53,579 nucleotides of DNA from Chloroflexota bacterium (GTDB lineage: Bacteria; Chloroflexota; Limnocylindria; Limnocylindrales; CSP1-4). The translations under genes and the position numbers were made by a program. Positions 53,474 through 53,579 of the stretch are shown piece by piece; within the stretch, counting starts at the first letter, position 1; each line of letters starts with the position of its first letter. The stretch spans positions 1-53,579 of the forward strand of contig JACCVQ010000030.1 of NCBI GenBank assembly GCA_013698095.1. Direction: 5' to 3'. Under the pieces are notes generated by a model that was not told where the DNA came from, searched no databases, and saw only the letters and a list, made by a program, of their open reading frames with translations.

Positions 53474-53579
53474 ACGTCCGAGGCCTTGGCACGCGACCGG
53501 GCGGACGCGCCACGCGGCCGCACGCGGCGGCTCCGGTCGGCGGCCGCGCCCGGCGAACGCTCTCGTCACAGGTCAGCCG

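Overview
The window is 53.6 kb of very GC-rich DNA. Third codon positions are strongly G/C, GTG and TTG starts are frequent, and long stop-free shadow ORFs run on both strands. The style fits an Actinomycetota-like or related high-GC monoderm, but I cannot place the taxon from sequence alone. I support about 45 protein genes and found no rRNA, tRNA, CRISPR array, transposase or integrase.

Main gene content:
- Cell-wall and housekeeping genes near the left end: a secreted transglycosylase-like protein, SpoIID/LytB, Tag glycosylase and an aquaporin.
- A seven-gene minus-strand cluster: SolA-like oxidase, LD-carboxypeptidase and a 5-component Opp/Dpp-type peptide ABC importer.
- A VapBC toxin-antitoxin pair.
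- Assorted enzymes: Nudix, PhzF-like, two alpha/beta hydrolases, a CocE/NonD hydrolase, aminotransferases, ThyX, PunA, MoaA, Acs, MscS, an IclR-linked catabolic pair, a PhoX-like protein and a DUF885 protein.

Items most worth a second look:
1. A modular ~175-nt non-coding element is present twice, 22.2 kb apart. It shows block-wise conservation and a 12-bp closing helix.
2. A local cNMP module holds two stand-alone cNMP-binding proteins, a coupled flavoprotein, and a cyclase-ATPase-TPR protein. The cyclase domain follows an in-frame TGA with no canonical start codon.
3. Five DnaA-box-like 9-mers cluster within a 414-nt intergenic gap.
4. A 1033-aa Zn-ribbon methyltransferase-like protein has a degenerate catalytic motif (QPPV) and a nuclease-like C-terminus. 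It sits next to a TPR protein with an acidic tail.
5. An orphan pseudo-receiver/ParA-type ATPase is paired with an acidic coiled-coil protein.
6. A phosphotransferase gene is frameshifted.

All functional calls rest on motifs I can read in the translations. No database search was possible.
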